A stretch of 58,764 nucleotides of DNA from Candidatus Berkelbacteria bacterium (GTDB taxonomy: Bacteria; Patescibacteriota; UBA1384; JACPKC01): the NCBI GenBank assembly GCA_016198415.1, contig JACQIO010000013.1:1-58764 (forward strand), in the 5' to 3' direction. Made by a program: the position numbers and the translations under genes. Shown piece after piece: positions 1-8,340 of the stretch; positions within the stretch are counted from its first letter, which is position 1; each line of letters starts with the position of its first letter. Below the pieces are notes generated by a model that had not been told where the DNA came from, did no database searches, and worked only from the letters and a program-made list of their open reading frames with translations.

Positions 1-87
1 CCCTTCCGTCGAAGCCAGATCAGGCCCATGAGCAGAAGGAGGTTGGAAACGTGCAACGTCTATGTATAGCAGAGTCGTCGAATCAAT

Positions 88-531
88 TCAAGTGTCCGTA
101 TCTCGTTCCAGCGCTCGTTTGCGGTGCTTCTGCTTCAGCCGTTCGCGCTTATCGTGGTGTTTGAGTCCCCGGGCTAGTCCGAGGCCAGGCTTGGCCCGGC
201 TCCGTTTGAGGTAGAGGCGGAGCGGGATGAGGGTCAGTCGCCGCTGTTCGAGCGTCCCAATCAGGCGATTGATCTCGGCTCGTTTCATGAGGAGCTTACG
301 GCTCCGTGTCGGATCTTCCGGGGTCCCGATGTGGAGATTGGTGATAAAGAGCTCGGGGGCTGACCCGCCCGGTGGATAGGCGAGTCGGGCAAAGCTCCCT
401 TGGAGACTGACGTTCCGATCTCGAACGGCCTTGATCTCTGCCCCGGTCAACACTAAGCCCGCCTCGAACTCCTCGAGGATCTCGTAGTCGTGCCAGGCCC
501 GCTTGTTGGTGGCGATGATGAGCTCTCCCAT
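88..531 (-). CDS. smpB: SsrA-binding protein SmpB
   Basis: ORF 88..603. Conserved body starts at MGELIIATNKRAWHDYEI...; motifs GLVLTGAEIKAVR and KLLMKRAEI. Internal ATG at 531 preferred because a TATACT -10 lies 6 nt upstream and the longer form overlaps tmk. Confidence 0.85.
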   Translation of the reverse strand: MGELIIATNKRAWHDYEILEEFEAGLVLTGAEIKAVRDRNVSLQGSFARLAYPPGGSAPELFITNLHIGTPEDPTRSRKLLMKRAEINRLIGTLEQRRLTLIPLRLYLKRSRAKPGLGLARGLKHHDKRERLKQKHRKRALERDTDT

Positions 532-537
532 ACCAAC

Positions 538-584
538 AGTATACCTGGAGTTCGGTTGACGGGACACACGTGGGCACGTAGCGT
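538..584. promoter_or_regulatory. Divergent promoter region for smpB (-) and tmk (+), both apparently leaderless
   Basis: Minus strand: TATACT (538-543), 6 nt before smpB ATG (531). Plus strand: TTGACG (556-561), 17 nt spacer, TAGCGT (579-584), 6 nt before tmk ATG (591). Confidence 0.45.
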
Positions 585-590
585 GAGGAC

Positions 591-1307
591 ATGGCGGGGA
601 CATTCATTGTCATCGATGGGGCCGACGGTGCCGGCAAGACCACCCAGACCGAGCGTTTGATTGACGCGGCCCAGCGTCGTGGCTTGTCTGCCACGTTCAT
701 CCATTTCCCGAGTTATCAGGGCACGGAGGGTGGTCGGATCGTCCAGCGGTACCTGCACGGGGAATTTGGTGACCCGGCGACGATTCACCCAACCCTCGCG
801 TCAATCCCGTACGCGCTCGACCGATTCCAACAGGCTGGCCACGTTCGTGAGTTGATTGCAACGCATGATCTAGTGGTCGCGGATCGATACGTCATCTCCA
901 ACATGGCGTTCCAGGGAGCAAAACTCCCAAAGCGCGGCCGGCAGACCTTTACGGATTGGTGCGCGGCACTCGATTACGAGGTCTTTGGCAACCCACGGGA
1001 AGACGCCGTACTCTTTCTCTCGGTCCCCTCAGCACTGTCAGAGCAGCTGGTCCTCGGCCGGGCCTCGGCTCACCAGGGCCGAAAGAGGGATCTCCATGAG
1101 ACGAATCGACGGTATCAGCGGGCCGTGCTTGAGGAGTACCAGCGTCTCTGCGCCCACTACCCGCACTGGCGATTGATCAACTGCAGTCAGGAAGAGGCTG
1201 GCGCAGTGGTGCCTCGACCAATTGACGACATCGCCAGTGAGATTGCAGACCTCGTCTTCTCTCACATTCTCAAGCATATGAGCGTGTCTGAGGAGGTGGC
1301 AGCATGA
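591..1307 (+). CDS. tmk: Thymidylate kinase
   Basis: P-loop FIVIDGADGAGKTTQ; DRY motif (VADRYVISN); length typical of Tmk. Confidence 0.85.
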   Translation: MAGTFIVIDGADGAGKTTQTERLIDAAQRRGLSATFIHFPSYQGTEGGRIVQRYLHGEFGDPATIHPTLASIPYALDRFQQAGHVRELIATHDLVVADRYVISNMAFQGAKLPKRGRQTFTDWCAALDYEVFGNPREDAVLFLSVPSALSEQLVLGRASAHQGRKRDLHETNRRYQRAVLEEYQRLCAHYPHWRLINCSQEEAGAVVPRPIDDIASEIADLVFSHILKHMSVSEEVAA

Positions 1308-2416
1308 CGGAGAGTGGCGCTTTACCGAGTCAGTTCATCAATCAGATTGCTCGACTCGGCCACCTCAAGCTTGGAACCAAGGACTCAATCCGAGACGACC
1401 AAGTCAAGCCGGCGAGTTACGATCTGACGCTTGGGAAACGGGCCTGGTGCGTCAAATCGACCTTCCTGCCTAGCCCGGGTGAGACGATTCAAGAGATCTT
1501 GAGCCGGTACACGCTCTACGAGTTCACGATGGACAAAGCCGCGGTCCTGACCGTTGGTTCCACGTTCGTGATTGAACTGGAGGAAACCTTTGCCTTGGCC
1601 GACGATATCTCAGCCCTCGTCTCCCCCAAGAGCTCAAGCGGCCGGATCAACCTCTGGGTGCGAACGCTCGTCGATGGCTACCCGCGCTTTGATCGGATCC
1701 CCAAGGGCTACCACGGGAAGATCTACGCCCTGATTGCCTCAAAGAGCTGGCCGATTCGCGTTCGGCAGGGGGATTCCATCACCCAGGCGCGGTTCTTCCG
1801 AGGCAACACCGGCAGGCTCGGCGCGTTTGAGCTCAAGCTGCTCAATCAGGAGGTTGGCCTCCTCTACGATCAGTCGGGCAATCTCATTGAAGATGACTCG
1901 ATGGTGGGAGACGACGGTCTGACCTTGACCGCCGATCTGGATCAGCCAATCGTGGCTTACCAGGCCAAGCACGCCATGGAGGTGTTAGATCTGGGGAAAA
2001 TTCGGATGCATGCTGCCGACGACTTTTTCATCCCGATCCGCGGGAACAAGCACAAGGAGATCATCCTCCGCCAGGGCGAGTTCTACATCCTCTCCTCCTT
2101 TGAACAGATTCGCATCCCGCTTGAGTACGCGTCTGAGATGATGGCCTACGACATTGCCGCCGGTGAGTTTCGCTCTCACTATGCTGGCTTCTTTGATCCG
2201 GGCTTTGGCTACGGCAAGAACGGGACCATCAAGGGCACGCCGGCCGTTCTCGAGATCCTGCCACACGAGAACGTCATCCTTAGGCATCGTCAGCCAGTCT
2301 GCAAGATGATCTTTGAGCGCTTACTCGATCTTCCGGATCGGGTCTACGGGGTCGATATCAAATCCAACTACCACAAGCAGCGTGGCCCGCAATTGAGCAA
2401 GCACTTCAACGTCTAG
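1304..2416 (+). CDS. dcd: Long-form 2'-deoxycytidine 5'-triphosphate deaminase (DCD family)
   Basis: 370 aa; KPASYDLTLG and SPKSSSGRINLW resemble dCTP deaminase/dUTPase-fold motifs. ATGA overlap with tmk stop; sits in a dTTP pathway cluster. Confidence 0.6.
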   Translation: MTESGALPSQFINQIARLGHLKLGTKDSIRDDQVKPASYDLTLGKRAWCVKSTFLPSPGETIQEILSRYTLYEFTMDKAAVLTVGSTFVIELEETFALADDISALVSPKSSSGRINLWVRTLVDGYPRFDRIPKGYHGKIYALIASKSWPIRVRQGDSITQARFFRGNTGRLGAFELKLLNQEVGLLYDQSGNLIEDDSMVGDDGLTLTADLDQPIVAYQAKHAMEVLDLGKIRMHAADDFFIPIRGNKHKEIILRQGEFYILSSFEQIRIPLEYASEMMAYDIAAGEFRSHYAGFFDPGFGYGKNGTIKGTPAVLEILPHENVILRHRQPVCKMIFERLLDLPDRVYGVDIKSNYHKQRGPQLSKHFNV

Positions 2417-2464
2417 CCATGGCCGGGTCAGTAACCAAGTAGCGATGTAGTAAGGGAACGAATC

Positions 2465-2902
2465 ATGGAACTACAAATCACTCTCTTGCAGAACAAAGGT
2501 ATGCCGCCGAGATATGCGCACGCGACGGATGCTGGGCTCGACCTATACCTTCCGGCGTCACTGCGTCTGAATCCACACGAACGGAAGACGATTGGATTGT
2601 GCTTTGCGATGGCCTTACCAAGCGGAACGGTCGGTCTCATTCGAGACAAATCGAGCTGGCCGTCCAAGAAGGGCCTGGCCTTGCTGGGAGGGGTGATCGA
2701 CCAAGGTTACCGCGGTGAGGTGAAGATCATCCTGCTTAACACAACCTCAGCGTTGATCGAGATCGAGGCCGGCGCCCCGATTGCTCAACTGCTGATCGTC
2801 CCTATACATCATCCGACCGTGATGGTAGTAGATCAGCTCGATGAGACCTCTCGTGGCGTCGGCGGATTTGGCAGTACGCACGAGGTCACGCGGACGGCGT
2901 AA
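2465..2902 (+). CDS. dut: dUTP diphosphatase
   Basis: dUTPase motifs ATDAGLDLY, GVIDQGYRGE and RGVGGFGST; 145 aa. Confidence 0.88.
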   Translation: MELQITLLQNKGMPPRYAHATDAGLDLYLPASLRLNPHERKTIGLCFAMALPSGTVGLIRDKSSWPSKKGLALLGGVIDQGYRGEVKIILLNTTSALIEIEAGAPIAQLLIVPIHHPTVMVVDQLDETSRGVGGFGSTHEVTRTA

Positions 2903-3410
2903 CTCGATCGTAGATGGCGAAGTCGAAGGCGTAGGCGTGGCGATCGTTGGTTGGATGGTGGGTCCGCACGACCTCCGTCCATTCTGACCGATCAAACTTA
3001 GGAAAGTACGCATCCCCCGCAAACTCCCCGTCAATCTCGGTCAAGTACAGTCGATCGGCCTTGGGCAAGAGCGCCGTAAAGATCTGCCCACCACCACTCA
3101 CCATAATCTCGTCCACGCCAAGCGTCAGCGCCTCGGTCTGAGCAAGCTCAAGCGCCTCGTCCACCGAGTGGGCGATGAGCGCACCCTCAACAAGGAAGTT
3201 TCGATCCCGCGTCACGATGATCGTCGTCCGATTCGGTAAGAGCTTCTTCGTCGCCTCGTACGTCTTTCGCCCCTCAATCATTGGTTTCCCGACCGTGTGA
3301 TCTTTGAAGTACTTCCGGTCATCCGGCAGATCCCACGGCAGTCCAAAGTCACCACCAGTCTTGCCGATGAGCCGATTCCGATCGATCGCCGCGATGAGCG
3401 AAACTCTCAT
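2886..3410 (-). CDS. folA: Dihydrofolate reductase
   Basis: ISLIAAIDRNRLIGKTGG..LPWDLPDDRKYFKDHTVGKPMIEGRKTYE and VSGGGQIF are classic DHFR motifs. 3' end overlaps dut 3' end (convergent). Confidence 0.88.
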   Translation of the reverse strand: MRVSLIAAIDRNRLIGKTGGDFGLPWDLPDDRKYFKDHTVGKPMIEGRKTYEATKKLLPNRTTIIVTRDRNFLVEGALIAHSVDEALELAQTEALTLGVDEIMVSGGGQIFTALLPKADRLYLTEIDGEFAGDAYFPKFDRSEWTEVVRTHHPTNDRHAYAFDFAIYDRVTPSA

Positions 3411-3781
3411 GATTTGTCACTGGCGACAGGTGCTGGAATCGGAGGCTGATAGCCCATCTTCTTTTCCTCTTTCTGATTTAGCAGTAGGCCAAGGTAGTTT
3501 AGTGCCGAAGTTATCTTGGTCATTAGAAATGCTCCATCGCAGATACGGCGACTAGAATAGATCATCCGATGTGTATCAGGATCAACGCCGTCCACATCGA
3601 ATCGCAACTCAGATTCAGAAACTCGAAACTCGGGCAGATCGATGGATAGTGACTGCTGCAACTGATCGAGGGCATTGTGGTATTCCGCCACATACTTCTC
3701 ATCGACCTGGATAGACACGGGGACGTTATCTCGCAGAGATGCGATCCGTGCTTGCGCCCTAAGAAGGGAGTCAAAACTCAT
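3407..3781 (-). CDS. Hypothetical protein embedded between thyA and folA
   Basis: 124-aa ORF. Start is 2 nt after thyA stop; stop overlaps folA start (ATGA-type coupling). Visibly lower GC than neighbours. No motif recognised. Confidence 0.5.
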   Translation of the reverse strand: MSFDSLLRAQARIASLRDNVPVSIQVDEKYVAEYHNALDQLQQSLSIDLPEFRVSESELRFDVDGVDPDTHRMIYSSRRICDGAFLMTKITSALNYLGLLLNQKEEKKMGYQPPIPAPVASDKS

Positions 3782-3782
3782 A

Positions 3783-4604
3783 TCACACCGCCATTGGCGC
3801 TTTGATCGCCGGGTACGATTCGTACGCGTGGAGCTCGATGTCCTCCATCGTAAAGTCCTCGATCTGCTTCACCTTGGGGTTCAGCCAGAGTGTTGGCAGT
3901 GGCTTCGGCTCTCGCTCGAGCTGCTCACGGACTTGGTCAAAGTGGTTGTGGTAGATGTGGGCATCGCCTAACGTATGAACGAATTCACCCGGCTCGAGAT
4001 CAGTGACCTGCGCGACCATGGAGAGTAAGAGTGCGTACGAAGCGATGTTGAACGGCACGCCGAGAAACATGTCGCAGCTGCGTTGGTACATCTGGAGCGA
4101 GAGCTTGCCATCGGCGACGTAGAACTGGAAGAACATGTGACACGGCGGGAGCGCCATCTGGTCGAGCTCTCCAGGGTTCCAGGCCGTGACAATGAGTCGG
4201 CGGTCGTTCGGATCGGTTTTGATTCGCTCGATGATCTGGGCGAGTTGATCAACTTGTGTGCCGTCTGATTTCTGCCAGTGCCGCCACTGGACGCCGTAGA
4301 CGCGGCCGAGGTCACCTTCAAACCGAGCCTTCGGTTTCCAGTACGGCGCCTCGGCGTTCGCCCGCCAGATCTTCGAACCGAGTGCCTCGAGCTCCCGGTT
4401 GTCTGACGAGCCGGAAATGAACCAGAGGAGCTCGGCGGAGAGCGACCTCATCGCGAGTTTCTTCGTCGTTACGGCTGGAAAACCGTCGGCCAGGTTGTAG
4501 CGCTGCTGCATCCCAAACACACCACGAGTCTCAATGCCGGTCCGATTCGGCTTATCGACGCCGTGGTCCATAATGAACTGGAGTGCATCCAAGTACTGCC
4601 GCAT
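3783..4604 (-). CDS. thyA: Thymidylate synthase (ThyA type)
   Basis: MRQYLDAL..., RTGIETRGVFG, PPCHMFFQFYV and CDMFLGVPFNIASYALL. ATG at 4604 is preceded by GGAGG; ORF-track start 4628 is probably too long. Confidence 0.9.
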   Translation of the reverse strand: MRQYLDALQFIMDHGVDKPNRTGIETRGVFGMQQRYNLADGFPAVTTKKLAMRSLSAELLWFISGSSDNRELEALGSKIWRANAEAPYWKPKARFEGDLGRVYGVQWRHWQKSDGTQVDQLAQIIERIKTDPNDRRLIVTAWNPGELDQMALPPCHMFFQFYVADGKLSLQMYQRSCDMFLGVPFNIASYALLLSMVAQVTDLEPGEFVHTLGDAHIYHNHFDQVREQLEREPKPLPTLWLNPKVKQIEDFTMEDIELHAYESYPAIKAPMAV

Positions 4605-4812
4605 TCCCACCTCCTCTGTCTTCCTCACTGTGCCAGATGGTAATCGGAGGGGAAGAGGATATTCAGCCGTGACTTGAAAAGCCTCGAAGCGTTATGGTAG
4701 AAGTATCTGTCGCTCTACAGATATATAGAGGGGCGACATTTAACAACATCGCCTGGCGAGGCGACTCACATACGCACCTCCCGATCTTAGGATGGGACGG
4801 TTGGAGGATGAC

Positions 4813-5343
4813 ATGGCACGTGTCAAAGGCATCGGGGAGCTCGACTTCCCGCCCATCGTTCCACTGCACGAGCACGCGGGGCTCGGGGACCGGTCGTACT
4901 ACCCCCTGAAGACGGTCACTGAACGCCAGGAGGGTAAGACGCGGTACCTGACGGTGGTCGAGCTCCGCCTCCACTTCGACGATCCTATCCCGACCCGGGG
5001 CAGGTATACCGAGACGCTCCTGTTGGAGAACGGGAGCTGCACCGGGTGCTGGATCGACAAGATGAGAGAGTGCGAGAGGCCGAACGCACGGGTTGCGGAG
5101 GCCTACCTCAACTCCGCGCTCATCGCCGGCCTGATGCTCTGGTCTCAGCGAGAGGAGGTCGAGAGCCTCGAGGCCACGGTCTACGGCAGCCCCTGGCCCA
5201 AGAAGCCGACTAGGTGGAATCACCTCAGGATCAAGATGGTTCTATCGAAGGGTGTTGACATCGAGCGGCCGGCGCGCTGGCTGGGGAGTCGAGCGCGACA
5301 GTTCAACGGGGCGATCAGGAGGGCGACCGCGGCTACCTACTAA
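4813..5343 (+). CDS. Hypothetical protein
   Basis: ORF 4792..5343. ATG at 4813 preceded by GGAGGA; followed by a strong intrinsic terminator. The antisense ORF 4663..5223 has Arg/Pro/Gly-rich shadow composition. Confidence 0.55.
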   Translation: MARVKGIGELDFPPIVPLHEHAGLGDRSYYPLKTVTERQEGKTRYLTVVELRLHFDDPIPTRGRYTETLLLENGSCTGCWIDKMRECERPNARVAEAYLNSALIAGLMLWSQREEVESLEATVYGSPWPKKPTRWNHLRIKMVLSKGVDIERPARWLGSRARQFNGAIRRATAATY

Positions 5344-5359
5344 AGTGGGCAAGCCCCTT

Positions 5360-5394
5360 GGGTTGCGTCGTGCCCTCGACGCAACCCCCTTTTT
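5360..5394 (+). terminator. Intrinsic terminator after the 4813..5343 gene
   Basis: GGGTTGCGTCG (5360-5370) pairs with CGACGCAACCC (5377-5387), followed by CC-TTTTT. Confidence 0.65.
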
Positions 5395-5430
5395 CCTTCA
5401 GGAACATTTGTGTACTATGATACTCACAAC

Positions 5431-5590
5431 AGAGCGCGGAGATGGGGACTCACCACCCCCGGAGCGCAACGCGGGCGACCAGCGTCAGCAGCAAGTGGTC
5501 GAAGAGCGATCCGATCGGCATCGGATCACCTAGGTGGAACCACCCCATTCACGCGGGGTCCTAGGACCAGTCACACTGGTCTTTTTAGTT
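5431..5590 (+). promoter_or_regulatory. T-box-like leader (Thr, ACC specifier) with terminator, upstream of thrS
   Basis: Short Stem I (5434-5467) with GA-rich internal loop; terminal loop ACUCACCA holds ACC followed by A. Hairpins 5476-5501 and 5508-5527. CCUAGG/CCUAGG helix flanks bulge UGGAACCA and helix CCCC/GGGG (5529-5565), resembling the T-box AGGGUGGNACC. Terminator GGACCAGT-CAC-ACTGGTC-TTTTT at 5564-5586. Confidence 0.55.
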
Positions 5591-5606
5591 TCCCCAAGGA
5601 GTCATC

Positions 5607-7460
5607 ATGGCAAACGTCGACAAACACGAGGAAGAATACCTGCACAATATGCGGCATTCGTGCGCACACTTGCTGGCCGCGGCAGTGCAGGAGTTGTGGC
5701 CAGAGGTGAAGTTAGGCGTCGGGCCCGTCATCGAGCACGGCCTGTACTACGACTTCGATTTGGAGCACCGACTTACTGAGGAGGACTTCCCCGCCATTGA
5801 AAAAAAGATGGCAGAGCTGAAAGCGCAGGGCCTGGGCTACGAACGTGAAGAAGTCTCGATCGCTGAGGCCAAGAAACGGGCGAAAGCGATGAAACAGCCG
5901 TACAAGGTCGAGCTCATCGAGACGATCGAGAAGACAGGCTCAACGGCTGTGGCCGTTGAGGAGAACGGAGAACGGAGCAAGGAGCAAGGAGAGAAACCGA
6001 CGACCGTGACGTTCTACACGACTGGTGACTTTGTCGATCTCTGCAGAGGTGGCCATGTTGAGAGCACCAAGGAGATCGGGCCGTTCAAAATCCTCTCGGT
6101 GGCCGGCGCCTACTGGCGCGGGAAGTCTGAGAACCCCCAACTCCAACGACTGTACGTCGCGTGCTTTGCCACCCAGGACGAGCTCGACGCGCACCTGGCG
6201 GAGATGGAGGAAGCGAAGAAACGCGATCATCGTAAGCTGGGTGCCGAGCTCGAACTCTTCACCTTTGATCCATTAGTTGGCCCGGGACTGCCACTCTGGC
6301 TCCCCAAAGGAACTGTTCTCAGGGACCTCGTTGAGCAGTTGGCCAAGAAGAAAGAGCAGGAACACGGGTACCAACGGGTGGCAACGCCCCACGTCGCCAA
6401 GCAGGCGCTCTTTGAGGCCTCGGGACACTTACCGTATTACGCCGACACGATGTATCCGCCAATGGAGCTCGACGATGGGAACTACTATCTCAAGGCGATG
6501 AACTGTCCACATATGCACGTCATGTTCCGCCAGACGCCGCGCTCTTACCGCGAGTTGCCGGTTCGCTGGGCCGAGTACGGAACGGTCTATCGCTACGAAC
6601 TCTCAGGCACACTCGCGGGTCTCATGCGTGTCCGAATGCTGTCTATGAACGACGCCCACATCTACTGCCGGGAAGATCAGATCGAGGCTGAGATCCTCAG
6701 GGTCATGGAGCTTCACAAGTACTACATCGAGCTCTTCGGCATTGAGCACTACTACATGCGCCTCTCACTCCATGATCCGGCCAACACCAAGAAGTACTTT
6801 GACGAGCCCAAACTCTGGGCCTTTGCCGAGGATGCGCTCCGTCGGGCCCTAGACCACTCAGGACTTGAGTATCGCGAGGCCAACGATGAGGCGGCGTTCT
6901 ATGGGCCGAAGATTGACTTTCAAGTGAGGTTTGTCGGTGGTAGGGAAGAAACGATTGCCACCACCCAATTGGACTTCATTGCCCAACAGCGCTTCGGTCT
7001 GCACTACCAGGATAGTGATGGCGGTGAGAAGCCAATCTACGTGATCCATCGCGCACCGTTGGGTACCCACGAACGCTTCGTTGCCTTCCTTATTGAACAC
7101 TACGCCGGCAAGTTCCCGCTTTGGCTCGCCCCAGTGCAGGTGAAGCTCCTGCCGATTGCTGACCGGCACAACGAATACGCTACCGATGTTGCAAAGCAGT
7201 TGGAAAAGGCTGGCTACCGCGTTGAGCTCGACGACCGACAGGAATCGGTTGGCAAGAAGATTCGGACCGCACAGCTCGAGCAGGTGCCGTACATGCTGGT
7301 GGTGGGCGATAAGGAGATTGAAGCCAAGCCCCACTCCGCCGATGGCTCCGTCGGGGCGCGGCAGGTCGCGGTCCGAGGCCGTGACGACGGCGATCTGGGC
7401 GCCCAATCGATTGCTGACTTCCTCACTCGACTAGAGCGTGAACCCAATCCGCTGGCCTAA
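5607..7460 (+). CDS. thrS: Threonine--tRNA ligase (no N-terminal TGS domain)
   Basis: Begins at the editing-domain HSCAHLLAAAV motif. Class II motifs YRYELSGTLAGLMRVR and FYGPKIDF; RAPLGTHERF; C-terminal anticodon-binding domain. Confidence 0.92.
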   Translation: MANVDKHEEEYLHNMRHSCAHLLAAAVQELWPEVKLGVGPVIEHGLYYDFDLEHRLTEEDFPAIEKKMAELKAQGLGYEREEVSIAEAKKRAKAMKQPYKVELIETIEKTGSTAVAVEENGERSKEQGEKPTTVTFYTTGDFVDLCRGGHVESTKEIGPFKILSVAGAYWRGKSENPQLQRLYVACFATQDELDAHLAEMEEAKKRDHRKLGAELELFTFDPLVGPGLPLWLPKGTVLRDLVEQLAKKKEQEHGYQRVATPHVAKQALFEASGHLPYYADTMYPPMELDDGNYYLKAMNCPHMHVMFRQTPRSYRELPVRWAEYGTVYRYELSGTLAGLMRVRMLSMNDAHIYCREDQIEAEILRVMELHKYYIELFGIEHYYMRLSLHDPANTKKYFDEPKLWAFAEDALRRALDHSGLEYREANDEAAFYGPKIDFQVRFVGGREETIATTQLDFIAQQRFGLHYQDSDGGEKPIYVIHRAPLGTHERFVAFLIEHYAGKFPLWLAPVQVKLLPIADRHNEYATDVAKQLEKAGYRVELDDRQESVGKKIRTAQLEQVPYMLVVGDKEIEAKPHSADGSVGARQVAVRGRDDGDLGAQSIADFLTRLEREPNPLA

Positions 7461-7527
7461 CCCAAGTCCCGATGTGGCAGCAAGAATCCACTTCGGGAGT
7501 GGATAACAGGGAACACATCGGAAACTA

Positions 7528-7553
7528 AGAAGAGCGCCTACCGGCGCTCTTCT
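7528..7553. terminator. Hairpin between convergent thrS and rplY
   Basis: AGAAGAGCGCC-TACC-GGCGCTCTTCT, a perfect 11-bp stem. Confidence 0.55.
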
Positions 7554-7600
7554 AGATGAGCTGTGCCATCTGCGCTCCGCCAGCTGGCGGACTGTGTATC

Positions 7601-7620
7601 CCTGCCTGCCGGCAGGCAGG
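7601..7620. terminator. Perfect 20-nt GC-rich palindrome just 3' of rplY
   Basis: CCTGCCTGCCGGCAGGCAGG. A third palindrome, CCGCCAGCTGGCGG, lies at 7577-7590. Confidence 0.4.
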
Positions 7621-7638
7621 TGTGGCATAAGACCTGCG

Positions 7639-8331
7639 CTACTCTTCCCTCTTCTTCTCTTCCGCAGGAGCCTCGCCTTCGGTAGCAGTCTCGCCTTCCT
7701 CCGGCTTGGCGCCGAGTTCGGCCACAGCCGCGGCTTCGGCATCGGCCGCAGTTGTTTCCACCACCTCTTCCTCTTCTTGTTCCGCAACCAAGGCAATCAC
7801 TTGGTCGGCATCGAGCAGGAGTTCCACGCCCGCGGGAATGGTGAGATCGGCCGCTCGGATCATGTCTTCAAAGGTCTTGAGAACGGAAATGTCGACTTCG
7901 ATCTCATGCGGAATCTCAGTAGGGAGGGCGGCAAGCTCCACCTTGTGGACGTTGATGACCAGGTTGCCTTCCAGATCCTTCACGGCCGGTGACTCACCCA
8001 CAAACTTGAGTGGCACTTCCGTCTCAACGGTCTCTTTGAGGTTGACCGCGTAGAGATCGGCGTGGAGCGGGCGGTCATAGACGGGATCCCTCTGCACTTC
8101 TTGGATGAGGACCTTGATGGTGCGTGCACCCAGCTTGAGATCAATGAGCGTGTTCCCGCCGGCTTGGTGGTAGACGCGCGTAAACTCCTTGGTATCCAGG
8201 GCAACGGATGTGGCTTCCGTATCGTGTCCATAGACAATCGCCGGCAGCTTGCCAGCGGCGCGGAGTCGCTTGACCACTTTCCCAGATTCGGCTCGTTCGC
8301 TCGCAACGAGCGAGAGCTTGTCAGCCGTCAT
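7639..8331 (-). CDS. rplY: 50S ribosomal protein L25/Ctc with acidic C-terminal tail
   Basis: N-terminus GKVVKRLRAAGKLPAIVYGH... is typical of L25/general stress protein Ctc. Long Glu/Ala-rich tail. Confidence 0.85.
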   Translation of the reverse strand: MTADKLSLVASERAESGKVVKRLRAAGKLPAIVYGHDTEATSVALDTKEFTRVYHQAGGNTLIDLKLGARTIKVLIQEVQRDPVYDRPLHADLYAVNLKETVETEVPLKFVGESPAVKDLEGNLVINVHKVELAALPTEIPHEIEVDISVLKTFEDMIRAADLTIPAGVELLLDADQVIALVAEQEEEEVVETTAADAEAAAVAELGAKPEEGETATEGEAPAEEKKREE

Positions 8332-8340
8332 ATGGATTCC

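Noticed and set aside
1-87. tmRNA (ssrA) next to smpB
   Set aside because: The 87 nt downstream of smpB show no tRNA-like acceptor/T-arm and no tag-ORF features. The window edge prevents further assessment.
4663-5223. 186-aa minus-strand ORF opposite the 4813..5343 gene
   Set aside because: It has shadow composition (Pro/Arg/Gly/Leu) and no SD. The plus-strand ORF has a GGAGGA SD and a strong terminator.
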